Positions 40,631-51,326 of a stretch of DNA of 64,000 nucleotides are shown here, piece after piece. The stretch is from Candidatus Aldehydirespiratoraceae bacterium (lineage in GTDB: Bacteria > Actinomycetota > Acidimicrobiia > Acidimicrobiales > Aldehydirespiratoraceae). The translations under genes were made by a program, and so were the position numbers. Location of the stretch: the NCBI GenBank assembly GCA_965204595.1, contig CBDBEW010000005.1, forward strand, positions 614,565 to 678,564, read 5' to 3'. Positions within the stretch are counted from its first letter, which is position 1; each line of letters starts with the position of its first letter. The notes under the pieces are model-generated. The model saw only the letters and a program-made list of their open reading frames with translations. It was not told the origin of the DNA and searched no databases.

Positions 40631-42127
40631 TCAGTTGTTGGTTGGGAAACCGAGATTTACAGAACTGCCGGCAGGGTCGGGCCAACGGGTGGTGAGCACC
40701 TTAGGTCGGGTGTAGAAATGGATTCCCTCAGGCCCGTAAATTGTGGTATCGCCGAACGCCGAATCTTTCCAACCCCCAAAGGAATGGTAACCCACTGGCA
40801 CTGGTATTGGCACGTTGATGCCAACCATACCTGCGTCTGCGTCCCGCTGGAACTGGCGTGCCGCCCCACCATCTCGAGTAAAGATCGCAGCACCATTACC
40901 CCATTGGTTGGCAGCGATTAACTCTGCCGCCTCGCGATAAGTTTCAACTCTAACAACGCTCAGCACTGGGCCAAAGATCTCATCTTGGTAGACACTCATT
41001 TCAGGGGTCACATGATCAAGTAAACTCACACCCAAAAAGAAGCCATCGTTTTTGAACTCTGCCTCGCGACCGTCCACAATCACTGAAGCCCCCGCAGCGC
41101 GACCAGCTTCAACATAGCTCGCCACACGATCACGGTGTTCGAGGGTGATTAGCGGACCCATCTCAGAAGCGGGGTCGCTGCCGTCACCTATAGTTAATTT
41201 TTCCATTCGCACCTTGATAGCATCCACAAGTGGGTCTGCAACGTCACCCACAGCCACGACCACTGACACGGCCATACATCGTTCGCCTGCTGAGCCATAT
41301 GCAGCCGACACAGCAGAGTCAGCCGATAGGTCTATGTCGGCATCGGGAAGCACCACCATGTGGTTTTTAGCTCCGCCTAAGGCTTGCACCCGCTTATGGT
41401 TAGCACTTCCTGTCTCATAAACATATTGCGCTATCGGAGTTGAACCCACGAAACTGAGTGCCTTTATGTCTTGATGGTTGAGTAAACGGTCGACAGCTAC
41501 TTTGTCGCCGTTTAGCACATTGAGCACACCAGCGGGAAAACCCGCTTCGCAGAAAAGTTCCGCCATCAACAAAGGTGCCGAAGGGTCACGTTCCGACGGC
41601 TTCAGGACGAAAGTGTTGCCGCAAGCCACGGCGTTAGGTATCATCCACATGGGCACCATCGCAGGGAAATTGAAGGGTGTGATTCCAGCAACCACGCCTA
41701 GGGGTCGGCGCAGCGAATAAACATCAACGCCGGTGGAGGCATTTTCGTTGTGATGACCTTTTAGGTGCTCAGCCAAGCCGCAAGCGAACTCAATATTTTC
41801 AATCGCACGAGCCACCTCACCAGCAGCATCTGCGCTGACTTTGCCGTGTTCGGCAGTGAGCCGTGCAGCTATTTCGGTGGCATTGTCCACCACCAAGTTT
41901 CGGAAGGCAAACATTAGTTTGGTGCGCTGCGCGATGCTCACCTCACTCCATTGCGCGAACGCTGCCTTGGCCGAAGCAACCGCATTATCCACCTCCGCGG
42001 CTGATGCTAAGGCAACCTCTGCGGTTTGTTGTCCTGTGGCTGGATTGAAAACCGCTGAGTGACGGCCAGACACACCGTCCACAAATTCGTTGTCAATAAG
42101 GTGGGGTATTTGCGCTAGAGCGTTCAT
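40631..42127 (-). CDS. mmsA: CoA-acylating methylmalonate-semialdehyde dehydrogenase
   Basis: 498-aa aldehyde dehydrogenase. It has the catalytic Cys block (GERCMA) and FVLKPSERDP. The length and the 4-nt overlap with an upstream aminotransferase fit MmsA context. Confidence 0.8.
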   Translation of the reverse strand: MNALAQIPHLIDNEFVDGVSGRHSAVFNPATGQQTAEVALASAAEVDNAVASAKAAFAQWSEVSIAQRTKLMFAFRNLVVDNATEIAARLTAEHGKVSADAAGEVARAIENIEFACGLAEHLKGHHNENASTGVDVYSLRRPLGVVAGITPFNFPAMVPMWMIPNAVACGNTFVLKPSERDPSAPLLMAELFCEAGFPAGVLNVLNGDKVAVDRLLNHQDIKALSFVGSTPIAQYVYETGSANHKRVQALGGAKNHMVVLPDADIDLSADSAVSAAYGSAGERCMAVSVVVAVGDVADPLVDAIKVRMEKLTIGDGSDPASEMGPLITLEHRDRVASYVEAGRAAGASVIVDGREAEFKNDGFFLGVSLLDHVTPEMSVYQDEIFGPVLSVVRVETYREAAELIAANQWGNGAAIFTRDGGAARQFQRDADAGMVGINVPIPVPVGYHSFGGWKDSAFGDTTIYGPEGIHFYTRPKVLTTRWPDPAGSSVNLGFPTNN

Positions 42128-43419
42128 TGTTTCTCCATTTCTGTAATGGTTTCGGTTATTGCCCAGATGCCCTCGTCTAGTTCGCTAGCTGAGACATCAA
42201 GCATTGGTGTTATGCGAATAGTGTTGTTGTATAATCCGCCTTTACCAACAAGCAAACCACGATTTTTGCAACCCTCAAGCAGGGCGTTAGCGCGCAGCGG
42301 ATCTGGTTCAAGAGAGCCTGGATGCACGATCTCAATGGCTTGCATCAAGCCTTTGCCTCGCACCTCCGCAATCCAAGGTGTGTTCTCAGTGAGTGGGCTG
42401 AGGGCTTCTTTGAGTTGTTGTCCTCTAGTAAGTGCGTTGCCTTGCAAGTCGTTGTTGAGGACGTAACGTAAGGTGGCCAAGCCGGCAGCCGCGGAAAGTG
42501 GGTTACCGCCGAAGGTGCTAAAAGACAAGACCTTAATCGTGTCCATAATCTCGGCTCTAGCGACGATTCCAGCGAGCGTTGCTCCATTGCCAACTCCTTT
42601 AGCGAAGGTCAACATGTCGGGCACCACATCATGGGCTTGGTATCCCCAGAAGTGCTCGCCGGTGCGTCCCCAACCAGTCTGCACCTCATCCACGCTAAGC
42701 AGTATTTGATGGTTGGAAAGCACCTTTTGAAGTTCACCGAAGAATCCATCTGGTGGAGTTGCAAACCCGCCAACTCCTTGAATGGGTTCAGCTATGAGGC
42801 AGGCAACATCACCTGCTGTCATCATGTCTAACACCTGCGTTAGGTCATCAACGCAAGCTTGGGTGAAGTTGTCGTCTGAGAGGTGGCGAAACGGGCTGCG
42901 CAGACGGTATCCGCCATGCACAAAGTTGACCGAAAGACCCGACAGGCTAGTTGACGACCAAGATGAATGTGCGGTTATGGCTTGGGAGGTGAAGGAACGG
43001 CCGTGATAACTGTTGCGCATGGCCAGCACTTGGTTGGATTTTCGGTAGCTAGTTGCTAGCAGTATTGCGGTATCGTTTGCTTCGCTACCCGATGTGGTGA
43101 AAAAAACTCTGGCATCTGGAATGCCAGAGACTGCGGCGATTTCTTCAGCTAACTCAATCATGGGTTCAGAGAGATATAGCGTTGAGGTGTGCATCACTTT
43201 AGCAGCTTGGTTTTGCACAGCAGCGACCACATCGGGGTTGCTGTGCCCGATCATTGTGGTTAGTACTCCACCAAAAAAGTCAAGGTAACGGGTACCTTCC
43301 ACATCCCAGACATAGCCACCTTCGCCGCGTTCGATAGAAATTGGTTCACCGTATAACGGGTTGACATATGAAGGCAGGACCGCTCGGTAGCGCTTCAGCA
43401 GTTCTTTGTTGGTAGTCAT
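42124..43419 (-). CDS. class III (omega) aminotransferase
   Basis: 431-aa ORF. DEVQTGWGRTG and TFAKGVGNG (PLP Lys) blocks are present. Substrate (beta-alanine, GABA or aminoisobutyrate) not determinable. Confidence 0.8.
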   Translation of the reverse strand: MTTNKELLKRYRAVLPSYVNPLYGEPISIERGEGGYVWDVEGTRYLDFFGGVLTTMIGHSNPDVVAAVQNQAAKVMHTSTLYLSEPMIELAEEIAAVSGIPDARVFFTTSGSEANDTAILLATSYRKSNQVLAMRNSYHGRSFTSQAITAHSSWSSTSLSGLSVNFVHGGYRLRSPFRHLSDDNFTQACVDDLTQVLDMMTAGDVACLIAEPIQGVGGFATPPDGFFGELQKVLSNHQILLSVDEVQTGWGRTGEHFWGYQAHDVVPDMLTFAKGVGNGATLAGIVARAEIMDTIKVLSFSTFGGNPLSAAAGLATLRYVLNNDLQGNALTRGQQLKEALSPLTENTPWIAEVRGKGLMQAIEIVHPGSLEPDPLRANALLEGCKNRGLLVGKGGLYNNTIRITPMLDVSASELDEGIWAITETITEMEKQ

Positions 43420-43517
43420 TAGTCTTTAGTGTATCTCTAGGTGCGAAATCGTGCCCGCGTTGGCGACACGATTCCACACAAACTCAGCACTAATTTCGCC
43501 AAATGATCTGCAATGAT

Positions 43518-44750
43518 TTAGCGGCCAGTGGTCGACCAATGCCAAGGTTCACTAGGAAGGTTTATGAGTCCATACTGTGGAGCAATACGTTGCATAGCCT
43601 TAAACACCGCCGAATTGCGACTACTCACAATCCTGCCCCGGTAGGTGAAATCAACCGCTAACCCCACTTCGTGTTGAGACCTGCCTGGTCGAGCTGTTGG
43701 CGGTCTGCATCGTGAAGCCGACATCTCATAGACAGCGAAATCGCTGGTTCCGCAATGGTGGCGCCTCAACTGAATTTGCCTAGCGTTGGTTCGATAGCCG
43801 TAACCACCGAGCGGAAAACCAGCTTGCTCCATAGCCGCTAAGAAGCCTGCTAGGTTGTCGGCGAGGGAGACATTCACAACGATATCCATTACTGGACCCG
43901 CAACCGTAGTTAAATCAACAGGGGCGTTTTTAGGCACTGAAACACGGCGCGCTCGCCGTTTCGCAGCTGCGATTGCGTCAGCAATACGTTTTTCTTCAAC
44001 ACGAATTTGTCTTGCCAACTCCGCATCTATTTGTTCAAGAAACGCCGCCTCCTCAAGACGTTGATCTAGGCGGTTGTCTAACTCGTCAAGAGCATCCTGT
44101 TCACGGGAATAAGCCGCTTCAAGTGAGTATTGGATAGCTAACCTCTCGTTGCGCAAAAGTTCAACTTCAGCCAAAGCGGCGTTTGCCGTTTCCTTCAAGG
44201 CCGATAGTTCAGCTTCTTGAGCGCGGAAACTATCAAGCAAGTCTTCGGTGTTTTGGTTAACAAAGCCACGCAGCGCATTGTTGCGCGCGTTGTTCCACGG
44301 GTCGTCGCCCAAAGCAGTTTGCTCACTATTTGGACCTTGATGAGAGGTGAACGCAGCAATGGCGGATTGGCGCAATAGAGCCTCGGTTTGAGCCTCCAAT
44401 TCTTCAAGTTCGGCAATTCTTGCTATCGCCTGAGCTTGGCGACGCTCTGCGTCGGCTACCGCAACTTTGGCACTATCAACCGCGACTTGAGCCCGATCTC
44501 GTTGTTCACTGACAGTACCGATCGCTCGCAACGAATCTTCAACGCTCGCGGTCAGATAATCAACTTGTGCTTCGGTTTGTTCAATTTGCTCCTGATTCGC
44601 CTCACGTTTTTTCTTTAGCTCGCTGCGTTTGGAACTGTCTTGCGCTGTCGCGCTTGTGCTACTGATTGCCAAAGTAAGAAAAACTAGAAATGCGGCACGA
44701 AGCCAACGGCGCGCACTGAACAGTAATGGCAATAAAGCAGTGTTTCTCAT
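43518..44750 (-). CDS. M15B/VanY-type D-alanyl-D-alanine carboxypeptidase family protein with a coiled-coil N-terminal region
   Basis: ORF 43518..44786. The start is preferred at M13 (44750), giving a signal peptide. A long Ala/Glu/Gln-rich coiled coil is followed by GYRTNARQ, SQHEVGLAVDF and SEPWHW blocks. Confidence 0.75.
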   Translation of the reverse strand: MRNTALLPLLFSARRWLRAAFLVFLTLAISSTSATAQDSSKRSELKKKREANQEQIEQTEAQVDYLTASVEDSLRAIGTVSEQRDRAQVAVDSAKVAVADAERRQAQAIARIAELEELEAQTEALLRQSAIAAFTSHQGPNSEQTALGDDPWNNARNNALRGFVNQNTEDLLDSFRAQEAELSALKETANAALAEVELLRNERLAIQYSLEAAYSREQDALDELDNRLDQRLEEAAFLEQIDAELARQIRVEEKRIADAIAAAKRRARRVSVPKNAPVDLTTVAGPVMDIVVNVSLADNLAGFLAAMEQAGFPLGGYGYRTNARQIQLRRHHCGTSDFAVYEMSASRCRPPTARPGRSQHEVGLAVDFTYRGRIVSSRNSAVFKAMQRIAPQYGLINLPSEPWHWSTTGR

Positions 44751-44829
44751 AGATGGTTTTGTCACACAAATGAAATATTTGCTCAATACGCTACCAAACC
44801 CTTTAGTTTAAACAATCCCCAAATGCTGA

Positions 44830-46425
44830 TCAATGGTGTTTGCGGTGAATGTTCCATTGGTGGCGTTCATCGTCAGCCAACTCCTCCAACAACGGCACCC
44901 CATGACGTCCACCGAGGTGAGCAGCGAGAGCTCTTTTAGCGTGAGGCGCAATGTTAATGATGTCAACCGTAAGCCCTGCATCAACTGCATCGTCAACTAG
45001 CTGTGCCAACGTTGCCGCGCCCCCATAATCAACTCTGCCAACGTTTGCAAAATCTATCACCAGCTTGCGTAGCTCACTATGCATAGCTCGAGCGGCCATA
45101 AACTTTGCTTCTAAATGGGGCGCGGTAATGAACCAGATAATTCCTTTAGGTCGCATCACCAAAGTGTCATCTTTTACTTCATGGGTGTGGTCAACACGCA
45201 ACTCACGAATCAGATGAACCCCAATGGCCAAACCAACACCAGCGATCACACCCCGCTCAATATTAGGGGCGGCAATCAAAGTGGCCACAATCGTACCAAA
45301 CACCACCATTCCTTGCAGCCTCGAACCACGAACAATCTTGGCCATCTCTGGCAAATCAATAAGGCGATAAGCAGCACAAAGCACAACCGCGCCCAACACA
45401 GCGGTTGGCAAAGGCTCCAAAGCCACCACCAGTGGTATGGCAGCCAAAGCACAAACACCTGTGATCGCACCAGACCAAGCAGTCTGAGCCCCTGCTAGGC
45501 GGTTTAGTGAACTACGCGAAAACGAACCACCAACCGGGAACCCACCCGAAATACCAGAAGCAATGTTGGCCACCCCCTGGCTCAAAAACTCACGGTTGGC
45601 TGACCAATGCAAACGGTCTTGGGTAGCGAACGTGCGGGCGATAGATGCTGGTTCGGCGAAACCCACCAAAGCAATGACCAAACCAGCAAGCAAAAGCGAA
45701 GGAGTTTGAGCATAAGGTAGGTCTAAACTCAACGAAACAAAGCTCACCGGCAACTCACCCACCACCGAACCGGCATAATTAGTTAGGTCGCTCCAAATGA
45801 CCGAAGCAACCACAGCCACTAGCACCCCAGGAAACAGTGGATGAACAAACTTCGCTCCCAAGATTATTGCAACTGTTGTGACGCTAAGCAGCAGCGCAGC
45901 CACACTCCAATCGTTAGGGTGACTCAACACCCACCAAGCTCGTGCCAACAACCCCTCAGTTGTTGTTGAAACACCAAACAGTGCAGGCACCTGAGAAGCT
46001 ATGATGAGTATCGCCGCGCTAGCAGTTAAACCAGTCAGCACCGGCGCAGACATGACGTAGGCAACAATACCGACGCGAAGCAAACCCAACAGCGTTCGTA
46101 TCACCCCCACAATGAGAGCTAACAAGGCCGCTAGTTTGATGTAGTGCGATGTGCCAGTGTTTTCCAAACCCGCAAGGGCACCAAAAGTTAGTAAAGCTGT
46201 GAGCGTTACCGGGCCGGTCTGTAGGTAAGGCGAAGAAACAAAAGGAGCGGCAAGTAAAGCAGGCAGTGCCGCAGCAAACAAACCCACATACGCTGGCACA
46301 CCAGCAATTTCGGCATAAGCTAGAGACTGCGGAATCAAGACTAGCGCAACCGAAACCCCGGCAATCAAATCCCCTAAATGTGGTGCGGGCAGCCTGGTAA
46401 TGAGCGATGTTATTTTCGTAGCCAC
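44830..46425 (-). CDS. SulP-family anion transporter with a C-terminal STAS domain
   Basis: 531-aa ORF. The SLAYAEIAGVP block near the N-terminus is followed by many TM segments and a soluble C-terminal domain. Confidence 0.85.
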   Translation of the reverse strand: MATKITSLITRLPAPHLGDLIAGVSVALVLIPQSLAYAEIAGVPAYVGLFAAALPALLAAPFVSSPYLQTGPVTLTALLTFGALAGLENTGTSHYIKLAALLALIVGVIRTLLGLLRVGIVAYVMSAPVLTGLTASAAILIIASQVPALFGVSTTTEGLLARAWWVLSHPNDWSVAALLLSVTTVAIILGAKFVHPLFPGVLVAVVASVIWSDLTNYAGSVVGELPVSFVSLSLDLPYAQTPSLLLAGLVIALVGFAEPASIARTFATQDRLHWSANREFLSQGVANIASGISGGFPVGGSFSRSSLNRLAGAQTAWSGAITGVCALAAIPLVVALEPLPTAVLGAVVLCAAYRLIDLPEMAKIVRGSRLQGMVVFGTIVATLIAAPNIERGVIAGVGLAIGVHLIRELRVDHTHEVKDDTLVMRPKGIIWFITAPHLEAKFMAARAMHSELRKLVIDFANVGRVDYGGAATLAQLVDDAVDAGLTVDIINIAPHAKRALAAHLGGRHGVPLLEELADDERHQWNIHRKHH

Positions 46426-46438
46426 AATTCCTGAAGGC

Positions 46439-48457
46439 TCACGTTAGCTGTTGGTGCGTAGCAGCGAGCTGCAGCCGTGCTCGGTATAGGAATGCTGCCA
46501 TTTGTGCTCTTGTTACGGGTTGGTTGGGGCAGAAACGGTTGGTGTCACAGCCGGTGGTGATTTGTGATTCTCTTAGTCGGTTGATGTGGTCGTGGAAGGC
46601 GGAGGTGTTGTCGTCTGTGAAGTAGTCTTGTGGGGTTGGTGCGAGTTTTAGGGTTCGGCTTAGGAATGCTGCCATTTGTGCTCTTGTTACTGGTTGGTTG
46701 GGGCAGAAACGGTTGGTGTCACAGCCGGTGGTGATTTGTGATTCTCTTAGTCGGTTGATGTGGTCGTGGAAGGTGGAGGTGTTGTCGTCTGTGAAGTAGT
46801 CTTGTGGGGTTGGTGCGAGTTTTAGGGTTCGGCTTAGGAATGCTGCCATTTGTGCTCTTGTTAAGGGTTGGTTGGGGCAGAAACGGTTGGTGTCACAGCC
46901 GGTCGTAATGCCCTGCTGAGCAAGCCAGTTGATGGCATCAGCAAAGGAGGTGTTGGCGATATCATCAAAGTACTCATCCGCTGGGATGGGTTCGGGTTCG
47001 TTGTTGATGGAATCAAGCTGCTCTACAACAGGTGCCGGTTGCGCGGCAATGGGTTCGGGTTCGCCTGGAATGGGTTCGGACTCATTTGCGACGGGATCGG
47101 CAGACAACGCCACAACCGCCTCACGAACCACACCAATCGGATGCAAACAATCGGAGATGGGTAGCAAAATATCAGGCTCGATTCCATCCCGAGCACTCAA
47201 ATTGTTAGGCCCGAATAAGCGGATACTCGTGACCTGGATAGCCCCCAATAATGAACCATCGTCAGCATCCACCTCCTCGGTTATCTGCCCAGTGAACTTA
47301 CCGAAGGTTGTGGTTCCAACTATTTTGGCTCTCCCATGACCTCGCAAAGCGTTCACAACAACCTCAGAAGCTGAGGCTGACAGACCATTCACCACCACAA
47401 CCACGGGCAGTTGTTCTTCATCTGCAGCAGCAATACCATCGTGCTGTGCAAACTCTTCATCGCTGCCATGTGCAGAACTGATGCGGAAAATAAGATCGTT
47501 TTGTTTCAAAAAAAGTGACGCAATGGTTTGAGCTTCGGTGAGATAGCCGCCTAGGTTGTTGCGCAAATCAATAACTAGAGCATCCACACCAGCGAAAATG
47601 AGCCGCTCTAGGTGTTCTGAAAAATTATTCGCTGACATCTCTGAAAACTGGTCGTACTGAAGGTAACCAACGTTGTCCACCACCTCGCTGTATACAACAG
47701 GGTCAACCACGACAGCGGTGGTTAGGTATATTTCCTGGGTGATGCCATCGCGCATCACCTTGACCCTCACTGTTGTGCCTGGGCTGTTGCCGTAATCTAA
47801 AGCTAGTGCCGCAGGGCAGGTTAAACCTGCAATCGCTTCATTGTATTCAACAAGTACGTCACCAACGCGCAACCCCGCAGACTCAGCGGAGCTTTTCGGA
47901 TAGACCTCAATAATAACCATACGGCAAGTGGTGCTAGGAGTAATGCACGGGCTGCCTATGGTATCTAGCAGGGCAAACTCAATACCAATGCCCGATCTTT
48001 GCACCTCGTTGTCAATGCTGCGGTTAAAGCTATTCACCGCAGCCGCAGACAGGCGACGGGTTTGAACATCTTTTACTGATGCCAACATTGCGTCAGTAGC
48101 AGCCAAGGCTGCTGCTTTAGTGTCTAGTGCTTTGTCGATCTCCAAACACATCGCCTCAAACTCAGGCGCAGGCAAGGCACAAGCAGGGGGACTCGTTGAC
48201 CTAGGTGCCAACGAGGCATCAACTACTCCTTGTTGAGCGGCTGTGGCAAGCTCGGCGATCACAACCCCATCCACGAAATACTGTTTAAGTGCCGTAAATG
48301 CCGCGCAAAACAGCTTAAAATCGTCGGCAGGGTTGGTGCAGTCGGTGCGCCCGGCTGGTGGTGTTTGAGCAGAACCAACAGAGGTGGGGGCAAAACTCGT
48401 AAACATCAAAAGCACAGTTAAAACAGCGACTTTTGCCCGTTGGTTAGCAACTTTCAT
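46439..48457 (-). CDS. S41 (C-terminal processing) peptidase with PDZ domain and three C-terminal SLH-like modules
   Basis: 672-aa ORF with a signal peptide, PDZ-like GLRVGDVLVEYN, and S41 blocks DLRNNLGGYL, NGLSASASEVV and TTFGKFTGQ. The C-terminus has three copies of ..ITTGCDTNRFCPNQP(L/V)TRAQMAAFL.R. Confidence 0.85.
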   Translation of the reverse strand: MKVANQRAKVAVLTVLLMFTSFAPTSVGSAQTPPAGRTDCTNPADDFKLFCAAFTALKQYFVDGVVIAELATAAQQGVVDASLAPRSTSPPACALPAPEFEAMCLEIDKALDTKAAALAATDAMLASVKDVQTRRLSAAAVNSFNRSIDNEVQRSGIGIEFALLDTIGSPCITPSTTCRMVIIEVYPKSSAESAGLRVGDVLVEYNEAIAGLTCPAALALDYGNSPGTTVRVKVMRDGITQEIYLTTAVVVDPVVYSEVVDNVGYLQYDQFSEMSANNFSEHLERLIFAGVDALVIDLRNNLGGYLTEAQTIASLFLKQNDLIFRISSAHGSDEEFAQHDGIAAADEEQLPVVVVVNGLSASASEVVVNALRGHGRAKIVGTTTFGKFTGQITEEVDADDGSLLGAIQVTSIRLFGPNNLSARDGIEPDILLPISDCLHPIGVVREAVVALSADPVANESEPIPGEPEPIAAQPAPVVEQLDSINNEPEPIPADEYFDDIANTSFADAINWLAQQGITTGCDTNRFCPNQPLTRAQMAAFLSRTLKLAPTPQDYFTDDNTSTFHDHINRLRESQITTGCDTNRFCPNQPVTRAQMAAFLSRTLKLAPTPQDYFTDDNTSAFHDHINRLRESQITTGCDTNRFCPNQPVTRAQMAAFLYRARLQLAATHQQLT
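46487..46905. repeat. 174-bp tandem repeats inside the S41 peptidase gene
   Basis: Units 46487..46660 and 46661..46834 differ at only two positions that I can see (one synonymous, one Ala/Thr). A third unit from 46835 matches for about 70 nt and then diverges. Confidence 0.9.
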
Positions 48458-48522
48458 AAAGAAATCCTACCAACTTCGCACCAGCCTAAACCTCAAGCCC
48501 AACTGCAACTTAGACTATAGGT

Positions 48523-49116
48523 GTGCCTAACTGGTGTCAGCGAACCGATGTGCCCAAAGGAGCAGCTTATGACTCGCGTTGGGCTGCTCTCAAAGCAACG
48601 GGGCAGAACGTTCATGGTGAAGCTGACCTGGTTTCTGAATTGCTTACAAGCGAAGGTGCTGATCAGAAGAACAAAAGGGTGCTAGACGCGGGTTGTGGCA
48701 CAGGCAGAGTTGCCATTGAACTAAACCGCCGGGGGGTAGCGACCGTTGGCGTTGACCTTGACCCCAGCATGCTCACAGAAGCTAAACGCAAGTCCCCCGA
48801 CATTGTTTGGTTGCAAGCCGACCTTAGCTCAGTGAATTTGAACCAACAATTCGATTTGATAGTGATGGCAGGTAACGTGATGATCTTTTTAGACCCTGGC
48901 ACTGAACCACTTGTGCTAGCCAACCTGTCGTCTCACCTTAAACCCGCGGGGATGCTTTTGGCTGGCTTCCAACTCGGCAAATTAGACCTTGCATCATACG
49001 ACCGTCACGCTAAATCAGCGGGACTAGTTCTCTGCGATCGCTGGGCGACTTGGCAGCGAGAACCTTATCGTGGTGGAAACTACGCGGTGTCTTTGCATCG
49101 CCGTAACAATGAGTGA
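48523..49116 (+). CDS. class I SAM-dependent methyltransferase
   Basis: 197-aa ORF with motif I VLDAGCGTGR, followed by DLDPSML and the acidic loop ADL. Confidence 0.75.
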   Translation: MPNWCQRTDVPKGAAYDSRWAALKATGQNVHGEADLVSELLTSEGADQKNKRVLDAGCGTGRVAIELNRRGVATVGVDLDPSMLTEAKRKSPDIVWLQADLSSVNLNQQFDLIVMAGNVMIFLDPGTEPLVLANLSSHLKPAGMLLAGFQLGKLDLASYDRHAKSAGLVLCDRWATWQREPYRGGNYAVSLHRRNNE

Positions 49117-49119
49117 CTA

Positions 49120-49509
49120 ATGAAAATAAAATACCAAAGTCGCTCACTTGAACAACAAATCAACGCTCCCCGCACGCGCGCTTGGCAAGTACTAGACAAC
49201 TTGCTATCCCAAACACCAAGCCATTACGCATCAGCTAGCCACCCCCCCGGCTCAACAGGAACGACGAAAGAAACTCTTTTGTCCTATGAACCACCGTGGC
49301 GCCGCGCTTATGCACTAAGTGGCACCGCAAGTGGGTTAGAGTTGTGTCATTGCACCTTCTTTTTGCGTGACGACGGGCCGACCTGTTTGCTCAGTTGGGG
49401 AGTGGTGATAGACCCCGAACCATCGCCAGCGGGTTTCGAGTTTCTAGACTTCACGATCACAACCACCGCAAAATTGCTCAAAGAGATCGCTGAACAATGC
49501 GAACAGTAG
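49120..49509 (+). CDS. hypothetical protein, possibly SRPBCC/START-like
   Basis: 129-aa ORF. The N-terminal I.AP....W..L.D.. pattern is common in SRPBCC proteins. Weak call. Confidence 0.35.
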   Translation: MKIKYQSRSLEQQINAPRTRAWQVLDNLLSQTPSHYASASHPPGSTGTTKETLLSYEPPWRRAYALSGTASGLELCHCTFFLRDDGPTCLLSWGVVIDPEPSPAGFEFLDFTITTTAKLLKEIAEQCEQ

Positions 49510-51326
49510 ATTTTGGCAAAGTCACCATCGCCGATTGGGAGCAAGTGGTTGCAGCATCTTTAGGAGGACGAGACTTCACTGAGGAGTTGGTTTCACGAAC
49601 CAGAGATGGCATTGCCATAAAGCCGCTCTACACGGCCGCAGACGCGCCGCACCCTGCACCCATTAGCCCAACCCCAAGCTCCCAAGCACGCCTTGAGCGT
49701 GGTTGGGATGTGCGCCAGCAATTTGATGCCAGCGATGCACAATGCAACCACGGGATTTTGCGTGAACTCGAAAGGGGAGTAACCTCCATTGAGTTGTTGC
49801 CCCCAACTGAAGGGTGGACACTCGCAACCCTGCGCCAAGTTACCGCTGGGGTGCTATTTGACTTAGCGGGGGTGGCACTAGCACCCCACGCCAACATCAA
49901 CGCAGCTCACGCTTTACTTGCAGTTGTCAGCGAACAAAATGCCACACCCGCACTTGTTTGGCTAGGTCTTGACCCCATTGGGGAGATGCTCAGAGAAGGC
50001 GCAACAGATTCGGGCGCACAAGCTGATGTGCTCAAGGCAGTGGCTGTACTAATTCCAAAGATGTGTGAAGGCAAGACACTAACCGTAGACACAACTCACT
50101 ACGCCGAGGCAGGTGCCACACCAGTCCAAGAACTCAGTTTCAGCATCGCAACAGCCGTCGACTATATGCGGTGTTTAGAACGCTTTGATGTGAGTCCATC
50201 ACGATGCGCGCGAAGCATTGGTTTTAGACTGAGCGTGGATGCCGACTTGTTTGTCAACATCGCTAAACTAAGGGCGGCGAGAAGAATCTGGTCAAGAGCA
50301 CTCCAAGCTTCAGGCGTGGAACCCGCCTCTGCGCCACAGAGCCAACATGTGGTGACGAACCCCATCATGTATAGCCCCATCGATGAATCAGTCAACATAT
50401 TGAGAGCCACAACCGCTGCCTTCGCCGCTGCCACAGCGGGTGCCGATGCTCTAACGGTCATACCCTTCAACGAAACTTTGGATACAAGCAATGAGTTCGC
50501 TCGGCGGATAGCTCGCAACACCCAAACGCTTCTAATTGACGAAGCGCATCTTTGTCGTGTAGTTGACCCGGCTGCTGGCTCATGGTTTATTGAATCCCTC
50601 ACCCAAGAACTAGCTGTGGCAGCCTGGAGCAAATTCCAAGCAATAGAAGCAGACGGAGGGATAGTTGCCGCGATCGCTTCTGGATCGGTTCAATCCGCCC
50701 TTGACACAGCTTGGCAAAAACGGCTCAACACAATACGTTCCCGCGCTGAAGTTTTGACTGGGGTGTCAAGTTACCCCAACCTGAGCGAGCAAGTAAACCC
50801 CAGAGCAGTCACCGAAGGCACTACTAGACGGGCGAACCTACCGAAACGGCGACTAGCGGGACCATTTGTGGCATTACACGAAACGAGCGACCGCTACCTG
50901 CAAGTAACAGGTGAACGACCAAGAGTTCACATTGCTGTGCTCGGCGATTCGTTTGGTCATCGCACCCGCAGCACCTGGGTAGAAAACTTGTTGGCGATGG
51001 CAGGGATCGTAGGCTTGGGCTCACAAGCTCCCGGTGCCACATCTCCTTTGCAGGCGCAAGCTCGCTTCATTGCATCGGGTCTGACCACAGCAATCATATG
51101 TGCAACCAACGAATACCTATCACAACGCGGCAGCGCCACAGTATTAGCTCTGCGTGAAGCGTGCGCCACCCAAATAATCCTAGTAGGTCAACAAAGCGAA
51201 CTTCCCGCTTCGTTACACAACTCAGACATCGATGAGTTCTGGTATCACGGCATGGATGTGGTAGCAGCATTAACCCGTCTCCAAAAGTATCTAGACCTAC
51301 ACCGAACCCAAAGTGCTAAGCCATGA
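49497..51326 (+). CDS. mutA: methylmalonyl-CoA mutase small (beta) subunit
   Basis: 609-aa ORF immediately upstream of mutB and overlapping it. It is mutase-like (RIARNTQ block) but lacks the B12 DxHxxG motif. Confidence 0.8.
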   Translation: MRTVDFGKVTIADWEQVVAASLGGRDFTEELVSRTRDGIAIKPLYTAADAPHPAPISPTPSSQARLERGWDVRQQFDASDAQCNHGILRELERGVTSIELLPPTEGWTLATLRQVTAGVLFDLAGVALAPHANINAAHALLAVVSEQNATPALVWLGLDPIGEMLREGATDSGAQADVLKAVAVLIPKMCEGKTLTVDTTHYAEAGATPVQELSFSIATAVDYMRCLERFDVSPSRCARSIGFRLSVDADLFVNIAKLRAARRIWSRALQASGVEPASAPQSQHVVTNPIMYSPIDESVNILRATTAAFAAATAGADALTVIPFNETLDTSNEFARRIARNTQTLLIDEAHLCRVVDPAAGSWFIESLTQELAVAAWSKFQAIEADGGIVAAIASGSVQSALDTAWQKRLNTIRSRAEVLTGVSSYPNLSEQVNPRAVTEGTTRRANLPKRRLAGPFVALHETSDRYLQVTGERPRVHIAVLGDSFGHRTRSTWVENLLAMAGIVGLGSQAPGATSPLQAQARFIASGLTTAIICATNEYLSQRGSATVLALREACATQIILVGQQSELPASLHNSDIDEFWYHGMDVVAALTRLQKYLDLHRTQSAKP

